NCBI GenBank assembly: GCA_030324005.1
Contig: JARDVH010000025.1
Span: 120,095,670 to 120,159,669, forward strand
Reading direction: 5' to 3'
Length of the DNA stretch: 64,000 bases
Source of the DNA: Negaprion brevirostris
Taxonomy: Eukaryota
Of the stretch, positions 25,035-37,165 are shown one piece after another (positions within the stretch are counted from its first letter, which is position 1; every line of letters starts with the position of its first letter). Under the pieces are notes generated by a model that was given only the letters and a program-made list of their open reading frames with translations, was not told where the DNA came from and made no database searches. The translations under genes and the position numbers were made by a program.

Positions 25035-27517
25035 NNNNNNNNNNNNNNNNNNNNNNNNNNNNNNNNNNNNNNNNNNNNNNNNNNNNNNNNNNNNNNNNNN
25101 NNNNNNNNNNNNNNNNNNNNNNNNNNNNNNNNNNNNNNNNNNNNNNNNNNNNNNNNNNNNNNNNNNNNNNNNNNNNNNNNNNNNNNNNNNNNNNNNNNNN
25201 NNNNNNNNNNNNNNNNNNNNNNNNNNNNNNNNNNNNNNNNNNNNNNNNNNNNNNNNNNNNNNNNNNNNNNNNNNNNNNNNNNNNNNNNNNNNNNNNNNNN
25301 NNNNNNNNNNNNNNNNNNNNNNNNTGGGGAGTCAGGAGGTGAATTACTTGCTGCAGAATTCTGGAAAAAATCGTCCTGCTCGTGTAGCATAAAGTTCACA
25401 TCAGGGAGTCAATATATATTTTCTCATCAGATTTTTAACTGATTATTTATCTGGGGGTGGTGTGAACCATCATGATGTAACAGCTGATAAATCAAGACTC
25501 GTAAACCAAGAGAACTTAGCCTATTCACATTCTGAGACTGAGCCTCTTGACTTGGAATGACTATACTATGGCTTTCCTATTCAGAAGACTTTGTGGATGG
25601 TTAAGTTCTTTCAGCGTCACACTGAAAGAAACAAAGGCGAACAGCGCACCATTGGAAGGGGATTCAAATACCTACATCCAAATATGAATGGTTAACAACA
25701 CTCATTGACATGGCAAGCCGAGTTCGCAAGGACGGTTTTCATGAAATGCAACTTGTGGGGGAAGAATAATCAGTTGGATCTCCTGTCCATGCTATTTGAC
25801 GCAGTTTCTAGTGTTACATCTGCAGAAATGCCGATCCCATTGTATTTGTGGAGACGAAGTCCGTCCTCACACGGATTTGCAAGAAAACAAACCTACAACT
25901 TATCTAGGAGTCGGGAACTGAGCGCCACTCTGGCGCTGTGACACAACAGAACTCGTATTGTACTTTGCATTACTTAACCTCAGGGCTAAGCACATCAGTC
26001 TATCCATCAATAACATCAGGCAAAGGAACAAGCTGTGATTCAACGATACCTGGTGGAATCATGCCATAACTGCAATCGGAACACATGAAGACACTTAGAA
26101 AACTTGAGGAACTAGAGAACAGGCCTTCCTGAATGCTGCTCAAAGGACACAAAATGCTTCGAGTGAAAAGAAAACGATTCCACAGCTATCGGAATAGATG
26201 TGAATTCAACATCATTGTGCAGCCTGTTTGTGTCAATTCACTCCAAGAACGTGGCAAACTCGGCACAGGCAGCGACCTAAGCCGGGAACTGAACCCGGGT
26301 CCCTCGAGCTGTGAGGCAGCAGTGATAACCACCATGCCACATGACCATGTGGATAGCTACTTAATAGTGAAATGATTTTTATTTTTGTCTACAATGCACT
26401 TTTTCTATTAAAAAACCCTCCATTTTTCACACGATTACATTTTGCAACATGTTGCTTTTAATTGCTTTGCTTACTCTGCATTTCGATTATAGAGACATAC
26501 AAACTTCGCATTTGATTTCATGAAAATGACTTGTTAAAACATTAGTTGTCATTGTGCTTACACTATTCATTGTTGTTAATCAATAGCAGGCACAGTTATG
26601 ATTATGTAAGATTGGAAACCAACGAGAAAGCATAACATGTGGCGATGCATAATGAAATTCTGGCTGGATATTTGCAATATCTCAATGGATCTCAAAGGAC
26701 GCGAGCAATATTAATTGTAAACTCATTTCAGTTGCATCCGTTCAGGTTGCCGGGTATGCGTCAATAAATCGGCTGAAATCTCCTGAATTATTAGCTTGCT
26801 AGCTAAGTTCTGTTGTAAAAAAAAAGGAAAATCCGTTAGACAAAATGAGGATTATTATATACGCCTCAGCATTTTGGTCTTTCAAATCCGGTCCCGATAA
26901 TAATATTACCTCTTTCCTGACGAAATTTCCACAAAAAAATGAAACAAAAAAAAATCCATGCTTCCAGATCCCCTTTTTCCCATTTGTGAGCTCTTATATA
27001 AAGTTACAGGGACTGTACAATATGTTCGACACGAATTTGTTGTGCTTTGCTGAACGAATTGTGAAAAGCCACGTGATTATATGTCAGCAATACTAGAGAC
27101 CTCTAGCAAATAATACACGTAGTTGCGTTTACTTGTGATTGATGCAACAAATGTCATTACACGCAGAAGAATAAGGTAAACAGAATACTTGCAGATGATG
27201 AAGCTTTTTCTTTTATAGGAATTGTCTCTTTCTCCTTAGAACATGAACGTTAACGTTTTAAGGAGGCATTGGAAAAGCAAAGGGATATCCATAAAATGAT
27301 TACGTAGAACCACATGTTCTATCTAATCAATTTGTGGCCAAATGGCAGATGTTTTGAAAGGTTATACTGTTCCATTTGACATTCAACACATTTTTTTTTA
27401 CTGTAAGGGGAAACTCAGTGTCACAATGGCGTCTCCATCAGTAGGATCATCTGTACTTCATACTTCTGATACGTTATGATATAAGTATTACATCGTCAAT
27501 CAAATCCCCAACTTTAC

Positions 27518-27832
27518 CTGCGCAAATAACAGATGCAGTCTGGCCAGATCTGCAGTTGTTTTGTTCCAAGGGGCTCATTTCACATTCCAAAAGAGTAGAT
27601 TCTGTCCCATTGCATTGAACGTCATCAAACAAGAAAGGACCTGGCGCTAGTCCGAAGTGATCACCCCCAGGAGCTGATCGAGCCGTTCCACATGCTAATT
27701 GCCTACATACAACAGTTGCATCAAGCACATCCCAATGATCATCGCAGACTGCTCTCCAGGAATTGTTATAATAAGTTTCCACTCTTCCGGAACAAAAATG
27801 TGTGCCATTTGTCAACCGTATTGGAATCTCAT
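27518..27832 (-). CDS. SRCR exon, type A, unit 7 (last intact exon seen)
   Basis: 315 nt cttttag/GTAAAG; DEIPIRLTNG..WRAVCDDHWD..TASVICA, 8 Cys. Confidence 0.93.
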
Positions 27833-29073
27833 CTAAAAGACATGACAACGGATAAGGTAAATTATTGACCATCATCCACTGAAGGGCTGAATTCCTAACA
27901 CAAAATCAACCCAGGTTTTAATAAAGGAAGAATCGCATAGCACGTGGTGTTCAGCTGAAAGGTCATCAACTTAAAATGTGAATTGAAAATTGTTATTTCT
28001 TTACTGGTGTGGTGTCAGAAAATACATGCAAAATGACAGATATATAATGTTGTTAATATTTTATGGATCAGTGCGTTTTATAACTTTTCAGATATATAAC
28101 ATAAGATATGGTTGAGTGACAGACATGAGCTGATGTCTTAATGGAGTGCTATATCTCTCTGATGTCACGTTTTTTGCAAGGAATGAACAGGATAAATTTA
28201 ATTTCCTGATTCTGATGATTTAGTTTCCTCATTAGACAATGTGCTTTCTTTAAGTATGGCTTCAATAACATTGAACAAAGCTCCAATATTGGGGTACATT
28301 TCTATCTGCAAATGACCTGTGCTCCGTCTAATGACCCCCTCCTCCCAACCCCAACCCCAACCCCAAAATGATTCTTGCAATTCGATTCATTTCGGATTAT
28401 TTAGAAATCCTGTAACACAAGGGCTATAGATTTAGAGCCACGCATTTCTGACGACTGCAATGGGCTTTGTGGAGAAACAGTTTTATTGAGTCAGGATGGA
28501 GTCTGTCCATTTCTGTCATAATGTGTTATTGAGTCCGTCTGAGAAGAAACAGAAATTTGGAGAAACCACGCTGCAGTGAATGAGATGCAACTCAAAATGT
28601 TCAGCGAAGTGTTCTATATAAAAGAGTTGATTTGTTGGGTATTCTGGGCTACTATTTTGTTGTAAACGATGCGAGTTCCTGCGGTAGAGGTACAGAAAAG
28701 TAAATTTGAGGATGTAACTCCTCTAATTACTTTTATATTCCAGTGTTAGGACTCGGAGGGATGGCACTGATTTCAACAGATTGCTAAATTCTAGGGCATT
28801 GATTCGAAAACAGCAACATTGATGGTAGAATATAAATCAATTAGGGATTCAAAGCCAGCGGCAGTAAGGATGGCCATTAATCTAATACCGATTGTCTGTA
28901 AAAGTAATCACCAAAATTAAATGGTTAATTGTTGACGTCTTGCTTGGTGGTCCTTCATGTAATTTCATGGTCACAATTTTAATGGTGCAGCAACAAAAAA
29001 GTAAATAAATTAAATGCAGTTATGGGGTTGGCAACAAATCAGGGAGTAAAGTATGGTCTGCGTTTTCACCTAC

Positions 29074-29379
29074 CTGTTACATATACATGCACGGAGTTGC
29101 TGCTTGTTGAATTGGAAATATGCCCTGATTTGCGTGTTTGGTAGTGACACGTGTAATCACCATCTTCCCTGGCACCCACTTCCAGGAGAGTGAAAGTAAT
29201 GCTCGCTGCTCCATTTGGAGCATATTGTGTGGCAATTGGATGAACTTCACCTGCTTTCATCAGAAGAAAGCTACTTCCTGCGTAAATGTTCAATGCTCTG
29301 CAGGTCATTCTTATTATTTCTCCTGCAATGAAGATACCAGATGTCCTTTCCAAAGATAAAATGAGCTGAAGCGGTTGAG
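29074..29379 (-). CDS. Ig-like exon, unit 6
   Basis: 306 nt ttatag/GTAGGT; AQPLQLILSLE..MTCRALNIYAGSSFLLMKAG..GDYTCHYQT..SVHVYVT. Confidence 0.93.
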
Positions 29380-30184
29380 CTATAAATAGAATCAAAGCCA
29401 ATAGAATGAAGACAAGCTTTTCGGAAGATAGAGCTGTATTTCACTCAGGAATTGAGAAGCACAGGTCCCAATCTCCAGTCAGTCTGTTCCCCATTGTGTA
29501 ACTTTCTGCGATGGACTTTAATTTATCATTAACTCGTACTTCACCAACAGTCCCTATCGGCACATGCAATTAATTAATAGTGATCAACAAATAGTTTAAC
29601 TGATGAGGCCATAGATTCAGATAATGGATTTGGCTGTTAATAATGTCTGAAACAGACTGACAGCTTTTTCAAGGATAAATCGGGCTAAAACTTAGATATA
29701 TTAATGGACTTCACAGCTCGGGGACAGGTTAAACGTTGTGTTTTTAGTTAGTTCTTTCCCCTAAAAATCGGGACATCCCTTCATTGCTATTCTGCCCAGG
29801 GAAGGATGTTAGTTCAGAAAATCTGGTGAAACTATTGCATTTTTCTATTATACAACTAAAATTGACAGTTTCAATTTTAGAAATGAAGAAAACATCACAT
29901 AAAGAGCCTTGGCAACACATTCAACCAACCCGCCACTCTACTCCCCTGCACATCCAGATAATTTCTCCACTTTCAAACAATTCATTGAATTATTTCTTTG
30001 GATCGCAGCTCTGTAACACTACCATGGGTCCAAAAACACCCTACGGACTGCAGCCTTTCAGCCTGGTAGCTCAGAATCACTTTCCGAAGAATCAAATTAG
30101 CATGAGCAAAAATTGCATACCTCGCCAGAAATGCAAATGTCTCATGCTTTATTCGCAACAAAATCAATGAAAAGCTCATAGTAC

Positions 30185-30499
30185 CTCTGCAAACGACAGA
30201 TGCATCTTCTTTGTGGTTGCAATTGTGCTGACCCAAGGCATTTTTTTGGCATTCCCATAGGTTTCCTTCTAACCCATTGCACTGAACATTATCAAGCCAG
30301 ATGTGCGAGTTCCCAGCCCCAAATTTGGCTTTTCCAGGGGCAGAGACAGCAAAGCCACAATGCAGCTGTGCACAGACAACCTCAGCGTCGGATATGTCCC
30401 AGTCATCATCACACACGGTTCCCCAGCTTCCGTTGTAATATACCTCCAATCTTCCTGAACAGTTATTTTCCCCATTCATCAGCCTGGCTTGAATTTGCT
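30185..30499 (-). CDS. SRCR exon, type B, unit 6
   Basis: 315 nt AG/GT; [28 protein letters not shown]. Confidence 0.95.
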
Positions 30500-31169
30500 C
30501 TATAGGAGGTAACAATAAAGTTTTACGTCGTCAGACTCAGTTGTACAAACCTTGTGAAGGGAAAAACACAAGCATCTGAGGCAAGAAAATGAGGGAAACA
30601 AGTTGAGCGAAGTTTGTGTCACAGTCTACTTAGGTCACTGCATCAAACAGAACGATTAGTAACGGTCACCATCGTATAGACCACCTCGTGTTGCGTCAAC
30701 TATACATAAAAAAAAACTGAGTTATACATGCCATATAAGGGCAAACAACAATGATAACAAATGTATTTGTAGTCGATAAAAACCACCTTCAGGAGCAACC
30801 ATCACATTTTAAGAGAAATGCACTTCAAAAGGACAATTGCGTTCTAGTGGGCAGTGCTATAACAAAGCTCCTCGCATTTCCCAAAATCTCACACAAACAC
30901 ACCACACACACTTTCCACAATGATAATGACACACATTGACAAAGACTCTCATTCAATCACTCGCTATCTCTCACTTTCGCTCTCCTACACAAACACTCAT
31001 ACAATCACACTGGCACATTACCGTACACTATCACTCAAACACGTATCATTACTCACTCTCTATTCTCTCTCATATATACCCACACTCAGTCATATGAACA
31101 CAGGAATTAAAAAGAAAATCTCATTCGACGTCTGTCACTCACACCAATAAAAGCAAACACCCACAGCAC

Positions 31170-31373
31170 CGCTCCCTCTTCTCTCTCTCTCTCAAACACA
31201 CACACACACACACACAAACACNNNNNNNNNNNNNNNNNNNNNNNNNNNNNNNNNNNNNNNNNNNNNNNNNNNNNNNNNNNNNNNNNNNNNNNNNNNNNNN
31301 NNNNNNNNNNNNNNNNNNNNNAATAACAGCAAACACACACCGCACCGCTCCCTCGTCTCTCTCTCTCTCAAAC

Positions 31374-31432
<59 letters not shown>
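31170..31432. repeat. (CT)n(CA)n compound microsatellite with N gap
   Basis: Direct reading. Confidence 0.9.
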
Positions 31433-31438
<6 letters not shown>

Positions 31439-31599
31439 TTACATGCACACACAACGCCAGCACCATAACAGCTTACCAGGCATGCGTATGTTTTACCTTC
31501 TTGCATATTGTTTTTACTCGGCTGAAGATGAAATAAATCTTAAAGTTGCAATTTGTACTTGATCATTAAACAGTTACTTGTAAAAACATTTTTTACAGG

Positions 31600-33480
31600 G
31601 TCTATCACTCAAGCTAGCCTCCTATCCATGGACATTGTCTACACTTCCTGCAGTGTCGGAAAAGCAGCCAGTATAATCAAATATCTCATCCACACCAACT
31701 TTCTTGCATCTTCTTCCATCAGCGAACATGATGCAACGTTTTGAGGACATGTACCAAGCGATTCAAAAACAACTTCTTCCCTGCTGCCGTCAGACATTTG
31801 AATGAACCTACCTCGCATTAAAACAATCTTTCACGACAGCCACCTATAACTGTAACATTACATTCTAAACTCTACCCTTTCCTTCAATATCCCTGTATGT
31901 TTTATCTGTACAACACACTAGAAATAATACTTTTCGCTGTATATAATGCATGCGGCAGTAATGAATCAAATCAAATCAAATGATTTGCAGATGTTCTTAC
32001 GTATTAGCCAGAGAGCGTACTTAAATAACTATCGCCCAGTGGCTCTCACATCCATCATTATCAGGTGCTTTGTAAGGGTAGTTATGGCACAGAATAACTC
32101 CGGCGTTCCAGGTTGCCTGGATCCACTGTAGTTTGCTAATCACCGCAACAGGTCCACAACACATCTTACCTGCCTGGCCCTACACTCAACCTTGGAAAAC
32201 CTGGTTAGTAAAGACACCTATATCAGACTCCTAATTATTGACTGCAGCTCAACCTTTGACATCATTATTCCTTCAAAACTCACCTCCTAGCACCGTGACC
32301 GAGTGTTCGGCCCCTTCCTCTCCGATTGCAGCCGGGACTTCGTAACCCACAAATCACAGGTAGCAAGCCAAGGCAATGAAATTTTCTCCACGATAATCCT
32401 CAACACTGCTGCCCCGCGAGGCTGTGTCCTCAGACCCTGATTATAATCGTCACACACTTATCACGGTGTGGCCAAACTCTACTCCGCCTCCGGTTTCAAT
32501 TTTGCTGCTGACACCACCACCGTGGGTAGGATCTCAAACAATGATTTGACGGAGTAAAGTAAATTAAAAAAAAAACACCTTGTGAAATGGTGTGATGAAA
32601 ATAATCTCTNNNNNNNNNNNNNNNNNNNNNNNNNNNNNNNNNNNNNNNNNNNNNNNNNNNNNNNNNNNNNNNNNNNNNNNNNNNNNNNNNNNNNNNNNNN
32701 NNNNNNNNNCGGAGTAACGTAAATTACAAAAAAAACACCTTGTGAAATCGTGTGATGAAAATAATCTCTCCCTCAATGTTAGCAAGATGAATATGATATT
32801 CATCAAATACAGGACGCGTAGTGAAGACTCCTGTCTACACCAAAAGGGACAAAGTGGTAATAGTCGAGAGCTTCACTTTACTAGGCATCGAGACCACTAA
32901 TAACCTGTCCTGATCCTTCCACGCCTACGCTATAGTTGGGAAAGCCCAACATCTCCTCTGCATTCACAGGAGGTTATGGGAATTTGGCATGTCTGCAACG
33001 ATTTTTGCCAGCTGTTACGCATGCACCATAGGAGGCATTAGTTCCGGATGGTTCACATCTTGGTATGGCTCCTGCTTTGGCCAAGTCCTCGAAATATCAA
33101 ACGTATTCTGGTCGTAGCCCAGTCTAGCAAGCAAACCTGCTTCCCATCCATTGAGTCTGTCCACATTTCCTGGTGCTTCAGAAAATAAACCAGCCGGCAT
33201 AACGAAGAAATATACACATAGGTCTGAGGTCACATTCCAAATCCCTCAAGAACAGTTTGTCCCTGCTGTCATCTTTCATTTGATTGGACCTATCTTATAC
33301 TAAACTGATTTTCGTAAATATCCAAGCTATGACTGAAGAACCAAATTCTGCGCCATCTCCTTTCCTTCTCCCTTACATACACTATGCGAAAAAAGTGCTT
33401 TGTCTGTACAGCATGCAAGAAAAATAACTTTCACCACATAATCCGTGAGAAAATAACAAATCAAATCAAATCTAAATCTA
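31600..33480 (+). mobile_element. Two tandem Rex1/Babar-like LINE fragments (about 31600-31980 and 32010-33480)
   Basis: NNYRPVALTSIIIRCFVRVV..LDPL RT motif; both end in (AAATC)n tails. Confidence 0.75.
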
Positions 33481-33487
33481 ACCATAC

Positions 33488-33796
33488 CTGTGCAAGTAAC
33501 ATAAACTGCCTTTCCATGGTTGCAGTTGTGCTCTCCCAAAGTTTCTCTTGGACACTGCATCACACTAGTTTCATTGCCATTACACCGAAGATCTGCCAAC
33601 CAGAAAAGCTCAGCCGGTCCTCCATTATCACCAAGTCCGGGAGCTGCGGCCCCGCAGTCCAATTGCCTACAAACGACATTTGCGTCAAGCATGTTCCAAC
33701 CTTCATCACAGACTGCTCCCCATTTGTCATGATAATATATTTCCAGCCTTCCAGAACAAGAGCTTCTACCTTTGACCAACCTCATTGGGAGCTGAT
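33488..33796 (-). CDS. SRCR exon, type A, unit 6 (2 codons shorter, divergent)
   Basis: 309 nt AG/GT, open; DQLPMRLVKG..WGAVCDEGWN..8 Cys..AVYVTCT. Confidence 0.92.
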
Positions 33797-34629
33797 CTAT
33801 AAGAAAAGAGAGTGAGAACGGTGAACGATTTTACTCTGTCATTAACTGCATTCTTCTGAGAGTTGGCACTTCTTCCACGGCAGAATGTATTCAGTGCCGC
33901 TCTGTGAAAGTCTGTCTCTTTCTGAGAAACGGTCTGAAGCCAGTCTCTCGTAGTCAGTGCAAACAGTAATGCATATTTCTCCAGATATACAGGAGAAAGG
34001 TAGAGTGGTGAGAGAGAAACAAACAGATAAAGACCTAGAGAGAGACAAATCGAGACATCGATATAGCAAAACACAGAGACAGAGAGATATACATAGACGT
34101 AAAAAAACACACCATACTATGCAGTTAAGATCGAAACAGACAGAGGGATGGAAGCCAATGAATGGAAGCGAATTGAGAAGGGGGAAATGTGTGTGCTTGT
34201 GGGCGTGTGTTTGTGTTTGTGTGTGCGCATTTGGCTCTGTTTCTGTATGTCTATGTGTGTGCAGATATGAGTGAGAGTGAGAAAGGGGGAAAGGTCTGTG
34301 TGTGTGTGTGTGTGTCTGCATGCTGTGTGTGTGTGTGTCTGCNNNNNNNNNNNNNNNNNNNNNNNNNNNNNNNNNNNNNNNNNNNNNNNNNNNNNNNNNN
34401 NNNNNNNNNNNNNNNNNNNNNNNNNNNNNNNNNNNNNNNNNNNNNNNNNNNNNNNNNNNNNNNNNNNNNNNNNNNNNNNNNNNNNGTGTGTGTGTGTTGG
34501 TGTGGGGGGGGGGGTGTGTGTGTGTGTGAGTGAAGGGGGGGGGGGGGGGGTGGGGAGAAATAAAATGTTTTCCCTGGTCTCTAAAAAGATGATCATAGCT
34601 TATTGACTCGATGGTTGGATTTTGCTTAC

Positions 34630-34935
34630 CTGTAACGGCTAAATGCACTGATTTACTGCTGGTTGAGTTGGTAAAAGTTCCATGTTTACTCGTTTGATAG
34701 TGGCATGTATAATTCCCACTGCTGCTTTCATCCACATCTTGGATTGAGAAGGTAATGCTGTACGCTCCCTCTGTCGCAGTTTGTGAAGCAACTGGATATG
34801 CTTCACCAACTTTCTTCAAATAAAATGTGCTCCCCGCGTAAAAGCTCAAAGCCGTGCAAGTCATCGTGATTGTGTCCCTTGTAAGGAAAGCGTCCTGTTT
34901 AACTTCCAGAGACAGAGTGGGCTGTAATGGTCGAT
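34630..34935 (-). CDS. Ig-like exon, unit 5
   Basis: 306 nt tttcag/GTAAGC; DRPLQPTLSLE..MTCTALSFYAGSTFYLKKVG..GNYTCHYQT..SVHLAVT. Confidence 0.93.
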
Positions 34936-35998
34936 CTGAAATCCAAAGTGGTGATACATGAAGGTGTTTGTGCGTTTATACCTGGCACATTTTATGTAGA
35001 AAAACCATAAACTTTGTTTATACATTTTACGATCTGCAATTCTTGACAATGTGCTTTTCGGCATGCGTCGTACATTTTACAGTACGATGCAGCATTTGAA
35101 TTCAAGATGGATAAACTATGTGTTTTTTTTTTATTGTGTTTAATTTCCCAAATTTATCTTGTTTCATTGTTCAGTAGCTGATGCACAACACGCTGTATTC
35201 CTGCAATAGGGACCAATGAATTCATTTCTCAGTATTTAGCCAACCTACACCGTTAAAGCAATTACAAATACAACGTTCCGCATATAGATGAAATCGGGAA
35301 TAATAATTACAAATATTAGGCAAATTTCTGCAGGTCTGTGGACGCCTGTGGTGAAGGAAGCAATCGACATTTCCAGCATATTTGACTGTTCCTCGAGGAC
35401 ATCGTAAGGATTTTGACAATCTATGGTCCATTATAAAATAATGTGGAAACGGTTATGCCAGTTCAGTCGTAATGGGCAATCACACCTCATCCAACTGGAA
35501 TCTTCTACTTGAATACCTATATATAAATGTCACCCTTCGACTCCAAAGTAATCTTGACTGCCTTTTGTCTTGATCGTCACGCCATAACTTGCTAGCACAT
35601 AACAACGCTGTCTGGAAGTAAGTTCGCTGCGACAATTCATGCCTTATAGTTTTGGTGGATACAATTTTTCTCACTACTCCAAGATCCGCCTGTAACCCAC
35701 CGAACAAATTTAACAGAGTACACAATCAACGGAATTCAACAAATACAAAGCAGAAGCCAAAGCAATGGAGTTGGAGTTGGCATTTCCCCGCTCACCAGCA
35801 CATAAAGTAATACGCTGTCTTTATCATCATTTGAATTCAAATGTAAACGTAAATTTACNNNNNNNNNNNNNNNNNNNNNNNNNNNNNNNNNNNNNNNNNN
35901 NNNNNNNNNNNNNNNNNNNNNNNNNNNNNNNNNNNNNNNNNNNNNNNNNNNNNNNNNNNNNNNNNNNNNNNNNNNNNNNNNNNNNNNNNNNNNNNNNN

Positions 35999-36172
35999 CT
36001 TTTCCCTCCTTCCTTGTTTCCTTTTTCCCTCCTTCCTTCTTCCTTCTTTAATTCCTTCCTTTCTTCCTTCCTTCCTTCCTTTCTTCCTTCCTCCTTTCGT
36101 TCCTTCCTTGCTCCTTTCCTTCCTTCCTTCCTTCCATTTATGCTTCCTTCTTTCCTTACTCCCTTCCTTACT
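35999..36172. repeat. (CCTT)n polypyrimidine low-complexity tract
   Basis: Direct reading. Confidence 0.9.
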
Positions 36173-36239
36173 TTTGCAATTTTCCTATTTTTAATGAGTG
36201 CATCAGCTCAGTCCCTAATTAAAATACTACTTAACGTAC

Positions 36240-36554
36240 CAGAACAAATCACCGAGGCATCGTATTCATGACTGCAGTTGTGCTGTCCAAGAGGTTTGTA
36301 TTGGCACTGCCACAAGTAGGCCTCTGAACCGTTGCATTGAACAGAACTCAGCCAAATAGACGATTTGCCTTTGCCATACTTCGCGTTTCTAGGTGCAGAT
36401 TCAACAAATCCACATTGTGCTTGCGTGCAGGCCACTTCACCATCCATTAAGTCCCAGTCATCATCACAAACTGTTCCCCACATATGGCTGTGATAGATCT
36501 CCACTCTTCCGGAACAAGGGCTTTCCCCATTCACGAGTCTTGTCTGAAAATTAT
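36240..36554 (-). CDS. SRCR exon, type B, unit 5
   Basis: 315 nt AG/GT; [30 protein letters not shown]. Confidence 0.95.
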
Positions 36555-36844
36555 CTAGTTGTAAACAAAATATAGACGCAATATTAGTTGTTTGGTTGCC
36601 CAGAAAAGTTGAAACAGTTGATGGGAATTTTGGCATTTGGAGTAAATGATTAATGCTACATTTGATTAGATTAGTTCGGCAAATCATAAAACTTCAACGA
36701 TATGTATGTACCGCGTGTGCTAAAGGAAGATAACTCTAGGTCAGAATCACTGTGCAAAATGATTATTTCCGCAAGATTACTGTGCACTTAATGCGGGCAA
36801 CTGTACGTTTGCCAAAGGCTGATATAGTATTGTCCTCTTTTACA

Positions 36845-37165
36845 GACTAGAATCCCGACATGCAGAAGGAAGGTATTCGGCCCATCGGATATGCACTAAC
36901 CACAATCCCACACAGACTCTATCTCCATGATGTCATGCATTTAACCTACCTAGTCCCCCTGACACTAAGGGGCAATTTAGCAATCCACCTAACAGAGACA
37001 CACCTTGAGAATGTGAAAGGAACTGAAGCACCCAGAGGAAACCAACCAAAAACGGGGAGAATGTGCAAACTCCATATGGACAGTGACCCAAACCGGGATT
37101 TGAACACAGGTCTTTGGTGCTGTGAGGCAGCAGTGCTAATCAGTCTGCCACTGTACATTCCATAA
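36845..37165 (-). mobile_element. HE1-like tRNA-derived SINE, near full length
   Basis: Minus strand has tRNA-like head (..AGCACTGCTGCCTCACAGC..GTTCAAATCCC), V-domain-like GGAGTTTGCACATTCTCCCCG body and CR1-derived tail. Confidence 0.8.

Noticed and set aside
32546-32770. Apparent 60-bp direct repeat
   Set aside because: Copies flank a 100-N gap; typical contig-overlap or haplotype artefact (likewise 636-815 and 31145-31400)
33842-34629. 340-aa ORF extending Ig5 into a His/Thr-rich and hydrophobic tail
   Set aside because: Read-through into intron microsatellites and N gap past a strong GTAAGC donor
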